From NCBI GenBank assembly GCA_949289125.1, contig CASEME010000013.1, positions 7,712 to 71,711 of the forward strand: DNA of 64,000 nucleotides, given 5' to 3'. Shown here in pieces: positions 7,614-17,196 of the stretch. The position numbers were made by a program, and so were the translations under genes. The DNA is from an uncultured Eubacteriales bacterium (GTDB lineage: Bacteria; Bacillota; Clostridia; Christensenellales; CAG-314). Positions within the stretch are counted from its first letter, which is position 1. Every line of letters begins with the position of its first letter. The notes below the pieces were generated by a model that was not told the DNA's origin, made no database searches, and worked only from the letters and a program-made list of their open reading frames with translations.

Positions 7614-10040
7614 ATGGACAAAATTGCTGTCGAAAAAAAGTGGAACGAATATTGGGAGCAACACAAAACATATAGCTACAATCCCAATAAGGGCAACAAA
7701 TGGTATGTACTTGAGATGTTTTCTTACCCCAGCGGTAGCAGATTGCATATAGGACATTGGTACAACTATGGTTTGACTGACAGTTATGCAAGATACAAGA
7801 TAATGAAAGGCTACAATGTCTTTCAGCCTATGGGCTTTGACGCCTTTGGCTTGCCTGCCGAAAACTTTGCAATAAAGAGCGGTATTCACCCCGAAGATAG
7901 CACGTTGAAGAATATTGCTGTTATGGAACAACAGCTTAAAAACATAGGTGCAATATTTGAGTGGGACGCAGAGATAAAGACATGTATGCCCGATTACTAC
8001 AAGTGGACGCAGTGGATATTCTGCCAGCTGTACAAACGCGGGCTTGCATACAGAAAAAAAGCTCCTGTCAACTGGTGCAATAGTTGCAACACAGTACTTG
8101 CCAACGAGCAGGTAGTAGACGGCTGTTGCGAGCGTTGTCACAACGAAGTAGTCAAAAAGGACCTTACACAGTGGTTTTTCAAAATTACCGACTACGCAGA
8201 ACCCTTGCTTCAAGGTCTTGACAAACTTGATTGGCCGGAAAAGACCAAGGCTATGCAACGTAATTGGATAGGAAGGTCAGAAGGCGGAGAAATAGAGTTT
8301 GCACTTGCTAAAGGTGGCAAATCGTTCAAAGTATTTACAACACGTGCAGATACGTTGTTTGGCTGTACTTATGTGGTATTGGCACCCGAGCACGAGCTTG
8401 TGGACAGCATAACTACTGCTAAGCAAAAGTCCGCTGTGCAAAAATACAAAGAAGAAGTATCCAAAACAAACGAAATAGAACGTCTCTCTACAGCTAAGGA
8501 AAAGACGGGCGTGTTTACGGGAGTATATGCTATCAACCCTGTCAACGGACAAAAAGTGCAGGTATGGATAGGCGACTACGTATTGGCAAGCTATGGCACG
8601 GGCGCAGTTATGGGTGTGCCTGCACACGACGAGCGTGACTACAAATTTGCGCAAAAGCACGGACTTGAGATCAAGCGCGTCATCAAAGGGGCAACAGCGG
8701 ACGAAGACGACAGTTTGCCATACTGCAAAGACGGCGTTATGGTCAATAGTGGCGAGTTTGACGGCAAAAAGTCGGACGAAGGCAGAAAAGCTGTATTGGC
8801 TTACCTTGAGAGTAAGGGCAAAGGCGGTATAAAGGTCAACTACCGTCTGCGCGATTGGTTGGTATCTCGTCAACGCTATTGGGGTGCGCCTATACCCATC
8901 ATTTACTGTCCGCATTGCGGCGAAGTGTTGGACGAAAACTTGCCGGTAAAACTTCCTTACGATGTAGACTTCCGTCCCGATGGCACAAGTCCGCTTGCAC
9001 GTCACGCAACTTTCTCTACAGACGTCAAGTGTCCCAAGTGCGGAGCTCCTGCACGTCGTGAAGTGGATACTTTGGATACGTTTGTATGTAGCAGTTGGTA
9101 CTATTTGAGATATGCAGACGCACACAACGACAAAGAACCATTTAGCAGACAAAAGGTAGACAAGTTGCTACCTGTAGACAAATATGTAGGCGGTGCCGAA
9201 CACGCTTGTATGCACTTGCTGTACGCACGCTTTATCACTAAGGCGTTGAAAGATATGGGCTGTGTCGGTTTTGACGAACCGTTTACCTCTCTTGTGCATC
9301 AGGGCGTCATATTGGGACCGGACGGCAACCGTATGAGCAAGTCACTTGGCAACGTCATCAGTCCCGATGGCTATGTGACAGAGTATGGCGCAGATGTTTT
9401 CCGTTGCTATCTTGCGTTTGGCTTTAAGTACATTGAGGGCGGTCCGTGGTCGGACGACGGTATCAAAGCTATCAACAAGTGGTTGGACAGAGTGGAGCGT
9501 TATGTGCTTCAGGCATTCGGCACTTACGATACAACGGACAAATACGGTAAGGACGAAAGCGAACTTGACAGAGTGCGCCACAATACAATCAAAGCCGTGG
9601 ACAAAGACTATGACGACTTCTCATTCAATACGGCAGTTGCACGTATGATGGAGTTGGTCAATGCTATGAGTAAGTACGATGCCCTTGCGCAAAAAAATGC
9701 TAAGCTGTACAAAGACACGGCAACAGACTTGCTCAAAATGCTGGCACCTTTAGCACCTCACTTTGCAGAAGAACTGTGGCATCAGATAGGCAACAAAGAC
9801 ACAATAGTTACTCAGTCCTTCCCCACCTTTGACAGCAATGCCGCTCAAAAGGGAGAGTGTGAGATACTTGTACAAGTTAACAGTCGTCCCAAAGTGCGTC
9901 TTACAGTACAAAGCGGTATGGACGTTGAGACTACCAAGCAACAAGTATTGAGTGACTCAAAGGTAGTAGAGGCTTTGGAAGGCAAAACGCCCAAAAAAGT
10001 GATAGTAATACCTGACAGACTGGTAAATATCATATTGTAG
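7614..10040 (+). CDS. leuS: leucyl-tRNA synthetase
   Basis: 808 aa. It has the HIGH-type motif (LHIGHWYNY), a KMSKS-type motif (NRMSKSLGN) and the typical LeuS N-terminus [15 protein letters not shown]. Confidence 0.97.
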   Translation: MDKIAVEKKWNEYWEQHKTYSYNPNKGNKWYVLEMFSYPSGSRLHIGHWYNYGLTDSYARYKIMKGYNVFQPMGFDAFGLPAENFAIKSGIHPEDSTLKNIAVMEQQLKNIGAIFEWDAEIKTCMPDYYKWTQWIFCQLYKRGLAYRKKAPVNWCNSCNTVLANEQVVDGCCERCHNEVVKKDLTQWFFKITDYAEPLLQGLDKLDWPEKTKAMQRNWIGRSEGGEIEFALAKGGKSFKVFTTRADTLFGCTYVVLAPEHELVDSITTAKQKSAVQKYKEEVSKTNEIERLSTAKEKTGVFTGVYAINPVNGQKVQVWIGDYVLASYGTGAVMGVPAHDERDYKFAQKHGLEIKRVIKGATADEDDSLPYCKDGVMVNSGEFDGKKSDEGRKAVLAYLESKGKGGIKVNYRLRDWLVSRQRYWGAPIPIIYCPHCGEVLDENLPVKLPYDVDFRPDGTSPLARHATFSTDVKCPKCGAPARREVDTLDTFVCSSWYYLRYADAHNDKEPFSRQKVDKLLPVDKYVGGAEHACMHLLYARFITKALKDMGCVGFDEPFTSLVHQGVILGPDGNRMSKSLGNVISPDGYVTEYGADVFRCYLAFGFKYIEGGPWSDDGIKAINKWLDRVERYVLQAFGTYDTTDKYGKDESELDRVRHNTIKAVDKDYDDFSFNTAVARMMELVNAMSKYDALAQKNAKLYKDTATDLLKMLAPLAPHFAEELWHQIGNKDTIVTQSFPTFDSNAAQKGECEILVQVNSRPKVRLTVQSGMDVETTKQQVLSDSKVVEALEGKTPKKVIVIPDRLVNIIL

Positions 10041-10152
10041 AGTTGATACCAATCAACTTAGCAACTATTGTTGGGGCGAGGCGCAGTTGTGCGCAACGCC
10101 CTTTGCAATCGGCAATTTTTTTGGTTGATAGTAAAGTAAAGGACAACATTGT

Positions 10153-11079
10153 ATGGAAAAATTAAGCACATATCTTACGCAACTTGCACAACAGTTGGGT
10201 ATTGGCAACACTCCGCTTACGCTGTTGTGTCAAAACGATCACGGTACAAAAATATTGGTAAAGGAAGAATACCACAACGCAACGGGCAGTATCAAAGACA
10301 GAGCGGCTTTGTACATGATACTTGAAGCAATGTCGAGAGATGCGCTAAAAAAGGGAGATACGGTAGTAGAAGCTACAAGCGGCAACACAGGCATTGCGTT
10401 GGCGTATGTATGTGGCAAGTTTGGTATCAAAACAGTGCTCACTATGCCCGAAACAATGTCTGTAGAACGTCGACAAATGTTGCAACAGTACGGCGCTACG
10501 TTGGAGCTTACCGAAGGCAAACTTGGTATGAGCGGTGCGGTAGCTCGTGCCAAAAGCCTTGCGCAAAGCGGAGCATTTGAAGTGCGACAATTTGACAACC
10601 CTGCCAATATTACCGCACATTATATGGGTACAGGGCAAGAAATTTTGCGCGATACCGACAATCAGGTAGATGTTTTTGTAGCGGCGGTAGGTACGGGAGG
10701 CACTTTGTGCGGTACTGCACAAAGACTATCCGAAGTAGTGCCAAGCGTGCAGATAATAGCTGTAGAGCCTGCCGAAAGTGCAGTATTGTCGGGCAAAGCC
10801 GCAGGCGCTCACGGTATACAGGGCATAGGCGCAGGTTTTGTGCCAACCATTGTGGACAAAAATCTTATTGACGGCATAATGACTGTTACTACCCAACAAG
10901 CGTATGATATGGCAGTGTGCCTCAACAAGCAGTTTGGCAGACCGTGCGGTATATCCTCAGGTGCTAATGTGTATGCGGCAATGCAGTTGTTCAATGACAA
11001 ACGCTATTATGGCAAAACAATAGTTACTGTGTTGCCCGATAATGTCAACAGATATCTTTCTGTGCTCAAATTGGACTAA
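10153..11079 (+). CDS. cysK: cysteine synthase A (O-acetylserine sulfhydrylase)
   Basis: 308 aa. The PLP lysine motif NATGSIKDRAA and the TSGNTGIALA loop are present. Confidence 0.93.
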   Translation: MEKLSTYLTQLAQQLGIGNTPLTLLCQNDHGTKILVKEEYHNATGSIKDRAALYMILEAMSRDALKKGDTVVEATSGNTGIALAYVCGKFGIKTVLTMPETMSVERRQMLQQYGATLELTEGKLGMSGAVARAKSLAQSGAFEVRQFDNPANITAHYMGTGQEILRDTDNQVDVFVAAVGTGGTLCGTAQRLSEVVPSVQIIAVEPAESAVLSGKAAGAHGIQGIGAGFVPTIVDKNLIDGIMTVTTQQAYDMAVCLNKQFGRPCGISSGANVYAAMQLFNDKRYYGKTIVTVLPDNVNRYLSVLKLD

Positions 11080-11160
11080 TTGCTGTATAACTACAAACAA
11101 CAATTTTATGTCTAATTATTAAACAATTTGCCAAGCTAATACTTGTATTGAAAAATTTAC

Positions 11161-11200
11161 AAAAAAACAGTGGGATGCGTATTTTGCGCATCCCACTTAT
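11161..11200. terminator. bidirectional terminator between cysK and the convergent membrane-protein gene
   Basis: A 10-bp stem GTGGGATGCG/CGCATCCCAC (11170-11196) is flanked by A7 upstream and TTATTAGTT downstream. Confidence 0.75.
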
Positions 11201-11235
11201 TAGTTGTTAGTAAGTACTATATTGTTGTATATGTG

Positions 11236-11814
11236 TTATTCGCTTTTGAGTACAAAAGGTGCAACGCCTGCTACAACACTGCCTACAAATGCAACTATTG
11301 TTGCCCAGCCGATTGCTACGGTGTAACTACCTGTAATAATACCAACAATATCCATACTACCGCTGTAAGCTCCGCCTGTTACAAATCCCATAATAAAGGA
11401 CACAAGTGCAAACAGCAGTGCGGCAGCACCTACAAACTTAACGTATTTGCCAATCTGCTTGAAGAAAATACCAAGCACGCCTACAACAACGCCTACAAAA
11501 GCTACAATTACCGATATCAGCAAAAATACTGTATATACTTTTGCCTCGCTCTTATCTCCTGCAAAAAATGCGGTGTATGCTGTCAAAGCACTGCTCGAAG
11601 CATCGCCCATATTTTCAGAGTTAACACTCATACCTTGCAACATATCTACAAGTGTAAGGGGTGTTTTTTCTGTTTCGCCTTGCAGACCTCCTATGCCACC
11701 GCTTACGTGAATAGTAACAACGGGGCAAAACAGTACAAGTACCATAATCGCGCATGCTACTGCAACTATAAGGCAGGTAAGCGGCGAGCGTTGAACTTTA
11801 GCTTTTTTTGCCAT
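11236..11814 (-). CDS. hypothetical polytopic membrane protein (192 aa)
   Basis: Several hydrophobic helices, AAGGAGA RBS, and the strong terminator above. The overlapping + strand ORF 11170-11871 is a Cys/Tyr/Asn-rich shadow ORF. Confidence 0.75.
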   Translation of the reverse strand: MAKKAKVQRSPLTCLIVAVACAIMVLVLFCPVVTIHVSGGIGGLQGETEKTPLTLVDMLQGMSVNSENMGDASSSALTAYTAFFAGDKSEAKVYTVFLLISVIVAFVGVVVGVLGIFFKQIGKYVKFVGAAALLFALVSFIMGFVTGGAYSGSMDIVGIITGSYTVAIGWATIVAFVGSVVAGVAPFVLKSE

Positions 11815-12184
11815 AACAATACATCTCCTTATCTTTATTGCAATAGCGAAATGCTTTTGCTATTGTACTAATAGTATATCATATAACGTTCTGTTTGTCA
11901 CCACCAAAACAAAATAATGAAAAATACGCCATAGCTATCAACTATTTGCACTTTTTTGCTTGTTGGCAGACATTGTGGTGCACACAATACTTGTTTTGCT
12001 TGTAAGTCAGCTCGCCACCCTTTGGCGTTGCCATTGTCCGCCACCCCCCCCTTGTCATTTTTTTTGCATTAAAAAAGGACGGCTCCGAATAATCGGGCTG
12101 TCCTTACTGTTGTTTGTATTAAGTTGTTACCCTACAAAAGGGTATAAGAAAAGGCAGCAGTTAAACTGCCTTAAAATATTGTGT

Positions 12185-12424
12185 TTAATCTTCGATAATA
12201 AATTCTTGTTCCACAAAGCCACTTATTTCTTTGGCTTTGTTAACATAGTCTTGTTCTTTTAGATTAGGATTGTTTTTGATAAACTCTATCATTTGCGTTG
12301 CGTGTTCGTCGCTTTTACATATCAACCCTATAAATATTGCGTAAGCATCGCAAACAATCGTTTTGTTGAATAGTTTTTCAATTTCTTTGGCTAATTCCAT
12401 TTGCTTTTGCGTTACCTTACTCAT
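12185..12424 (-). CDS. small acidic protein (79 aa), candidate immunity/antitoxin partner
   Basis: Overlaps the upstream gene by 4 nt (ATGA). It is AT-rich relative to its flanks. A weak hairpin plus T-run follows at 12153-12170. Confidence 0.55.
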   Translation of the reverse strand: MSKVTQKQMELAKEIEKLFNKTIVCDAYAIFIGLICKSDEHATQMIEFIKNNPNLKEQDYVNKAKEISGFVEQEFIIED

Positions 12425-12924
12425 TTTTTGCTCCTATCAATGAATTTAAGATAAATATTTATCAATTCTTCATTTCCCTCAATTTCAATTTGTTTGAGTA
12501 CAGAAAAATTATCATATCCACGTGTTTCATAAACATAAAAATTTTCTGCGGTATAAGCATAATTAACAGGTTTAACTTTACCTTTTTGTGACACATTTTT
12601 TTGAATAACCGCCTGTCGCAAAATAGCATACTCTTGCCGTGAAATTTTTACTTTGTCTTTTTCAGTGGTCTGTTTGCTCTCATTTAATGCTTTTTTATAA
12701 GCGTGGTTTACATCAATGTCCTTTTCTTCCAACCCATTCAACGCTTGCAATGCTGTTGCGTCTTTGGGTAACTCTTTACCTTGACTTTTGTATGCTGTCC
12801 GCACCAAATGACTACTGCCAGCACCTTTGTTTGTAAACTTGCCGTCTTTATCTCTTGGGTGCTTGCTTTCGTCAAAGTTAGAATTTTTTCCACCCGTTGT
12901 GCCGTTGTATTTATCCTCTGCCAT
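12421..12924 (-). CDS. hypothetical protein (167 aa) with N-terminal KHPRDKDGKF motif, phage/polymorphic-toxin-like
   Basis: The start was moved to MAEDK (ATG 12924), which is preceded by AAGGTGG 6 nt upstream. The gene is AT-rich and translationally coupled to the 79-aa ORF. Confidence 0.55.
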   Translation of the reverse strand: MAEDKYNGTTGGKNSNFDESKHPRDKDGKFTNKGAGSSHLVRTAYKSQGKELPKDATALQALNGLEEKDIDVNHAYKKALNESKQTTEKDKVKISRQEYAILRQAVIQKNVSQKGKVKPVNYAYTAENFYVYETRGYDNFSVLKQIEIEGNEELINIYLKFIDRSKK

Positions 12925-13001
12925 TATTTTACCACCTTGCTGCAATACTGTCAATATAGGTATGTCAGGGCATCGGGACTATGTGACACTATATAGGTCA
13001 G

Positions 13002-13030
13002 TTGATAGTTGTTGGGCGTTGTGGTATAAT
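13002..13030 (+). promoter_or_regulatory. promoter TTGATA-17-TGgTATAAT (extended -10)
   Basis: TTGATA at 13002-13007 and TATAAT at 13025-13030 preceded by TGg, upstream of the GNAT gene. Confidence 0.6.
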
Positions 13031-13064
13031 GGCAACAAATTGTGATTGCAAGGAGGCATAATAT

Positions 13065-13508
13065 ATGATAACAAAGTATAATGCTCAGTACAGACAAGCC
13101 GTTGTAGATATGATGAAAGACTTTTACCATAGCGAAGCTGTGCTCAAAAGTGTACCCGAACAGTATTTTGACAACACGCTCAATCGTGTTGAGAGCAACA
13201 GCCCCTTTGTCAGTTTGTATGTCATTGACGACGGTCAAGGTGCGGTGGGTTACGGGTTGTTGTCACATACCTATTCCAACGAGGTGGGTGGTGACGTGGT
13301 ATGGATAGAAGAATTGTACATAGACGCTTCGCACAGAGGCAAAGGGCTTGGCGCACAGTTTTTGGACTTTGTGTCCGCACAGTATGCCCATAGTGCGCGC
13401 ATAAGGTTGGAAGTTGAGCCCGCCAACGAGGGCGCTACTAAACTGTACGTCAAAAAAGGCTACAGCGCATTGCCCTATCAACAGTATGTAAAGGATAATT
13501 GTCAATAG
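13065..13508 (+). CDS. GNAT family N-acetyltransferase
   Basis: 147 aa. Motif A region is EELYIDASHRGKGLGAQFLDFV. AGGAGG RBS. Confidence 0.85.
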   Translation: MITKYNAQYRQAVVDMMKDFYHSEAVLKSVPEQYFDNTLNRVESNSPFVSLYVIDDGQGAVGYGLLSHTYSNEVGGDVVWIEELYIDASHRGKGLGAQFLDFVSAQYAHSARIRLEVEPANEGATKLYVKKGYSALPYQQYVKDNCQ

Positions 13509-13640
13509 TAGTAGCAATTTTTTGAGAGAACATTAGCAATAAATTTTCATTTTTATTACTTGTCAGTGTGCACTGTGCTATAATAAGCACAAGATGTGTT
13601 GTGTTATCAGCAATACGTCAATACGATTTGGAGTTTTGTT

Positions 13641-15455
13641 ATGTCTGAAAAAGTTAGCAAACAACCTTTAAGTGCCGAAGACAGACAGTTTCGCAAAAAC
13701 AAGTGGTTTTTCAGCGTAAGCGGCATAGGCAGAGATTTGTCCTACCAGCTTGTAGCCACCTTTTTGTTGACGTACATACAATTCGGCGTTGCATTGACTA
13801 CAGTACAGTTTACCGTATTGTACATACTGATTGCCGTAGGCGGCAAAGTGTGGGACGCAATCAACGATCCCATGATGGGTGCAATTATCGAAGGCACGCA
13901 TATGAAGTGGGGCAAGTTTAAGCCTTGGATAATCGTCGGTGCAGTAAGTTGTGGCGCAGTAATACTTGCCATGTTCAACATACGTCCGCTTGGTTGGGGC
14001 TTTGTAGTGTATATGACCATCATCTATCTGTTGTGGGAAAGTACATTTACTATCAACGATATCAGCTATTGGTCTATGCTTGCCAGCCTTTCGAGCGAAA
14101 CAAAAAAGCGCAACAGCGTAACAATGCTTACCGTATTGTTTGCAGGTGTGGGCGCAATAATAGCTCAGGGCGTTATTCCTATGGTAACTACAGGCAACAT
14201 GGTGCAAGGTTATAGCCTTGTGGCATTGGTAGTGGCAGTAGTGTTCATCGGTTCGCAGTTGATGTGCGGATTGCTTGTTAAGGAACGTCCGCGTGTATTG
14301 CAAGAAAAAGCAGAAAAAATATCTCTCAAAAAGATGTGGAAAACAATCAAAAGCAATGACCAAGTGTTGTGGATGACATTGTCTATGTTGTTTTACAATA
14401 TTGGTAGTGCGTTGCTCATTGCTTTGGCTTCCAACTTTTTGTATCTCGAAGCAGGCTATGACGGCACATTGTACACATACGTTGTTATCTGCTACGGACT
14501 TCCCAACGTCTTGGCCAACGCATTGTACACCAAACTTGCCGCTTGGCTTGGCAGAAAAAAGTTGCAACGTATTGCAATCATTGTAGCAAGCGTGGGTTAT
14601 GGCGTAGTTGCTTTGATGGGTTGGTCGTCCATCTTCCCGTTTAGTATAATTGTAGTTTGTATCTGCGTTGCTTTTATTGCTGTAGGACAAAGTTTGTTCT
14701 ACATGGCAAGTATTGTCAACATGACCAACTGCGTAGAATACAACGAGTACAAAAACGGCGAACGCAACGAAGCTGTTATTTCTACTTTGCGTCCCTTTAT
14801 GGCAAAGTTTGCCGATGCGCTTAAGTACGGTATAATAATAGTAGTGCTTGTAATATCGGGCGTCTATGGTATGAGTCAATCGGTGTCTGCTCTTGAGACG
14901 CAAAAGTCAATGTTTGCTAAGTTTACAACAGAGCAAGCGGCATATTACACAAGCAAAATACAACAGTATGACGCTATGTTGCAAGGCGTAGAAGTGGGAA
15001 GCGAACAGTATACGCAACTTATCAGCCAAATCAACGAAGAATTGCTCAACGACGAGATTATGAAAAACACCATGCTCGACGCGTCGCAAATAACTGCAGT
15101 TGCCAAAGCAGAGATAAGCAACGGCACACAAAGTGTAGTTATTACCGACATTGAGGCAAGTTACTTTGTAGAAGGCACGACATACACGTTGGAAATTACC
15201 GACGCTGCCAATGCGGCATTCAGAGATGCTGCCAAAGGCAACTTGGCTGCAAGATTGTCTTTGCGTATGTCTATCACGGCATTGCCCATACTTATGCTTG
15301 TGGCAGGACTTATCATACAGCGCAAAAAGTTCTTTATTGACGAACAGTACTACGACAATATGTTGCAAGAGCTCGAGGCAAGACACGAGAGCGCTGTGCA
15401 ACAACAAGCGTCGGACAGCGTTGACACGGCAACTACATCTACAGATGCACAATAA
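13641..15455 (+). CDS. glycoside-pentoside-hexuronide (GPH):cation symporter family transporter with a large insertion before the last TM helix
   Basis: The GPH signature KVWDAINDPMMGAIIEGTHMKWGKFKPWI is present. The start was moved to MSEK (GGAG RBS). 11 TM helices are followed by a soluble segment of about 125 aa and then a final TM helix. Confidence 0.85.
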   Translation: MSEKVSKQPLSAEDRQFRKNKWFFSVSGIGRDLSYQLVATFLLTYIQFGVALTTVQFTVLYILIAVGGKVWDAINDPMMGAIIEGTHMKWGKFKPWIIVGAVSCGAVILAMFNIRPLGWGFVVYMTIIYLLWESTFTINDISYWSMLASLSSETKKRNSVTMLTVLFAGVGAIIAQGVIPMVTTGNMVQGYSLVALVVAVVFIGSQLMCGLLVKERPRVLQEKAEKISLKKMWKTIKSNDQVLWMTLSMLFYNIGSALLIALASNFLYLEAGYDGTLYTYVVICYGLPNVLANALYTKLAAWLGRKKLQRIAIIVASVGYGVVALMGWSSIFPFSIIVVCICVAFIAVGQSLFYMASIVNMTNCVEYNEYKNGERNEAVISTLRPFMAKFADALKYGIIIVVLVISGVYGMSQSVSALETQKSMFAKFTTEQAAYYTSKIQQYDAMLQGVEVGSEQYTQLISQINEELLNDEIMKNTMLDASQITAVAKAEISNGTQSVVITDIEASYFVEGTTYTLEITDAANAAFRDAAKGNLAARLSLRMSITALPILMLVAGLIIQRKKFFIDEQYYDNMLQELEARHESAVQQQASDSVDTATTSTDAQ

Positions 15456-15494
15456 AATTGTAGTTACATAGATAGGTAAATACAATAGTTACAT

Positions 15495-15529
15495 CAGCTC
15501 CGCTTGTATAACAGGCGGAGCTGTTTTTT
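15495..15529 (+). terminator. rho-independent terminator
   Basis: CAGCTCCGC...GCGGAGCTG followed by TTTTTT. Confidence 0.85.
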
Positions 15530-15672
15530 GAAGTATGCACAGTGTTACTAACAGTATTGGTGCAATGCGGTTATAGTTACTAAAGTGCAGTTGGAGCTGT
15601 TGTTCATTGTAAAATGCAAAAACAGTTGACAAAGGCAATATAGATGTGGTAGTATTGTGTGCGGTCAACAAA

Positions 15673-15842
15673 CCTATCAAGAGTGTCTGAGAGACGGACT
15701 CTATGACGACACAGCAACCTGACGATACGGGCAGGTGCTAATTTCCGCAAGGTTTACCTTGGAAGATGGGACAAAACAAAGATAAGTGGCGCAAGTAGCG
15801 CACGCGGTCTTGTCCTTTACTGCAAGGGACAAGATTTTTTTT
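15673..15842 (+). promoter_or_regulatory. SAM-I (S-box) riboswitch with terminator, metK leader
   Basis: CCTATCAAGAG...GAGAGACGGACTC..TGACGACACAGCAACC...GGTGCTAATTTCCGCAAGG...GAAGATGGGA, then TCTTGTCC...GGACAAGA plus T8 ending 20 nt before the metK ATG. An upstream TTGACA-18-TAGTAT promoter sits at about 15626. Confidence 0.85.
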
Positions 15843-15862
15843 GCAACAAAGGAGGAACAACA

Positions 15863-17044
15863 ATGGAAAATAAACACAGATATTTTACGTCCGAAAGCGT
15901 TACCGAAGGACACCCCGACAAAATGTGCGACCAGATAAGCGACGCTATATTGGACGCAGTATTGGAGCAGGACGCTGACGCAAGAGTGGCGTGCGAAACA
16001 GTTGTGTGCACAGGCACAGTATTTGTAATGGGACAAATATCTACCAAAGCGGTAGTGGACATACCTACCATAGTAAGAGATACAGTGCGCAACATAGGCT
16101 ATACTCGTGCAAAATTTGGCTTTGACGCCGATAGTTGCGGCGTGCTTATATCGCTTGACAAGCAGTCACCCGATATAGCAATGGGCGTAGACCGTTCGGA
16201 CGAGTACAAAGACAGAGGTGAAATACTCGATATGTACGGCGCAGGCGACCAAGGTATGATGTTTGGCTATGCTTGCAACGAAACACCCGAATACATGCCT
16301 ATGGCAATTACCCTTGCGCAGCGCATTAGCAAACGTCTTGCCGACGTACGCAAAAACAAACTTTTGCCATACTTAAGACCGGACGGTAAATGTCAGGTAA
16401 CCGTAGAGTATGATGAAAACGACAAATCTATAAGAGTAGATACAATAGTACTTTCGGCACAGCACAGCGGCGATGTCACCAGCGAAACAATAGCCGAAGA
16501 CATGATGAACTTTGTTATCCGCGAGGTAGTGCCCTTACACTTGTTGGACGAACGTACAAAGTTTTATATCAACCCCACAGGCAGATTTGAGATAGGCGGA
16601 CCTGCTGCGGACAGCGGATTGACCGGTCGCAAAATAATTGTTGATACTTACGGCGGATACTGTGCGCACGGTGGCGGTGCTTTTTCGGGCAAAGATCCTA
16701 CCAAAGTGGACAGAAGTGCCGCTTATATGGCAAGATATATCTGCAAAAACTTGGTAGCTGCAGGACTTGCCGAAAAAGTACAACTTCAGGTATCGTATGC
16801 AATAGGCAGAGCAAAACCCGTGTCTGTAGACGTCAATACTTACGGCACAGGTGTGTTGACAGACAGCGTATTGTCCGATATCATTACACAAGAGTTTGAT
16901 ATGCGCCCCAAAGCAATTATTACTAAGTTCAAATTGCAAAGACCTATCTATCTCAAAACAGCAAGCTACGGCCACTTTGGTAGAGACGAATTTCCTTGGG
17001 AAAAGACAGATAAAGTAAAGGCTCTCAAAAAATATCTGCCCTAA
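15863..17044 (+). CDS. metK: S-adenosylmethionine synthetase
   Basis: 393 aa. Typical motifs [25 protein letters not shown] and [16 protein letters not shown] are present. Confidence 0.97.
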   Translation: MENKHRYFTSESVTEGHPDKMCDQISDAILDAVLEQDADARVACETVVCTGTVFVMGQISTKAVVDIPTIVRDTVRNIGYTRAKFGFDADSCGVLISLDKQSPDIAMGVDRSDEYKDRGEILDMYGAGDQGMMFGYACNETPEYMPMAITLAQRISKRLADVRKNKLLPYLRPDGKCQVTVEYDENDKSIRVDTIVLSAQHSGDVTSETIAEDMMNFVIREVVPLHLLDERTKFYINPTGRFEIGGPAADSGLTGRKIIVDTYGGYCAHGGGAFSGKDPTKVDRSAAYMARYICKNLVAAGLAEKVQLQVSYAIGRAKPVSVDVNTYGTGVLTDSVLSDIITQEFDMRPKAIITKFKLQRPIYLKTASYGHFGRDEFPWEKTDKVKALKKYLP

Positions 17045-17109
17045 GTGGAGTTGTTGAAAGCAACCTGTAGTGCAAATAAGTTGACTACAACAGCATAAAA
17101 AGGTAAAAT

Positions 17110-17152
17110 ATACACCGTGTGGCAACACTTAAGCCATGCGGTGTATTTGCTT
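17110..17152 (+). terminator. probable terminator after metK
   Basis: ATACACCG...CGGTGTAT stem followed by TTTGCTTGTTG. It lies inside the ORF-track N-terminal extension of the next gene. Confidence 0.55.
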
Positions 17153-17196
17153 GTTGCCGTAAGGCGTCAATAGTATGTGGGGGGGGTAATTGTCTT

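Noticed and set aside
7359-9152. Minus-strand ORFs 7359-8258 and 8277-9152 opposite leuS.
   Set aside because: They lie antisense to an unambiguous aminoacyl-tRNA synthetase gene and have an implausible composition.
10041-10152. Possible terminator or regulatory leader between leuS and cysK.
   Set aside because: Only short weak hairpins are present (GTTGAT..ATCAAC, ATTGC..GCAAT plus T7). No riboswitch-like conserved motifs were recognised.
11170-11871. 233-aa + strand ORF overlapping the membrane-protein gene.
   Set aside because: Its product is Cys/Tyr/Asn/Lys-rich nonsense. It starts inside the bidirectional terminator. The minus-strand frame has an RBS, TM helices and its own terminator.
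12076-12104. Hairpin AGGACGGCTCCGA..TCGGGCTGTCCT, considered as the terminator of the 79-aa gene.
   Set aside because: It is only stable on the + strand (G:U pairs become A:C on the minus strand) and has a bulge. No + strand gene precedes it, so it was left unannotated.
13668-14903. 411-aa minus-strand ORF opposite the GPH transporter. The same situation applies to 21108-22226 (secA), 38876-40183 (ATPase), 45207-46151 (adhesin), 49426-50382 (murC), 50846-51775 (pyk), 60375-61130 (ABC ATPase) and 36563-37790 (cls).
   Set aside because: All are antisense shadows of genes with strong family signatures. None has a start context or a recognisable motif.
17119-17196. Track N-terminal extensions of recD2 (17119), the GPH gene (13596), the M32 peptidase (41275), the adhesin (43035), the THUMP gene (47491), cls (37645) and the MBL gene (56047).
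   Set aside because: The extensions are Cys-rich or cross terminators and promoters. Internal ATGs with an SD (or a promoter at leaderless distance) match the conserved N-termini of the families.
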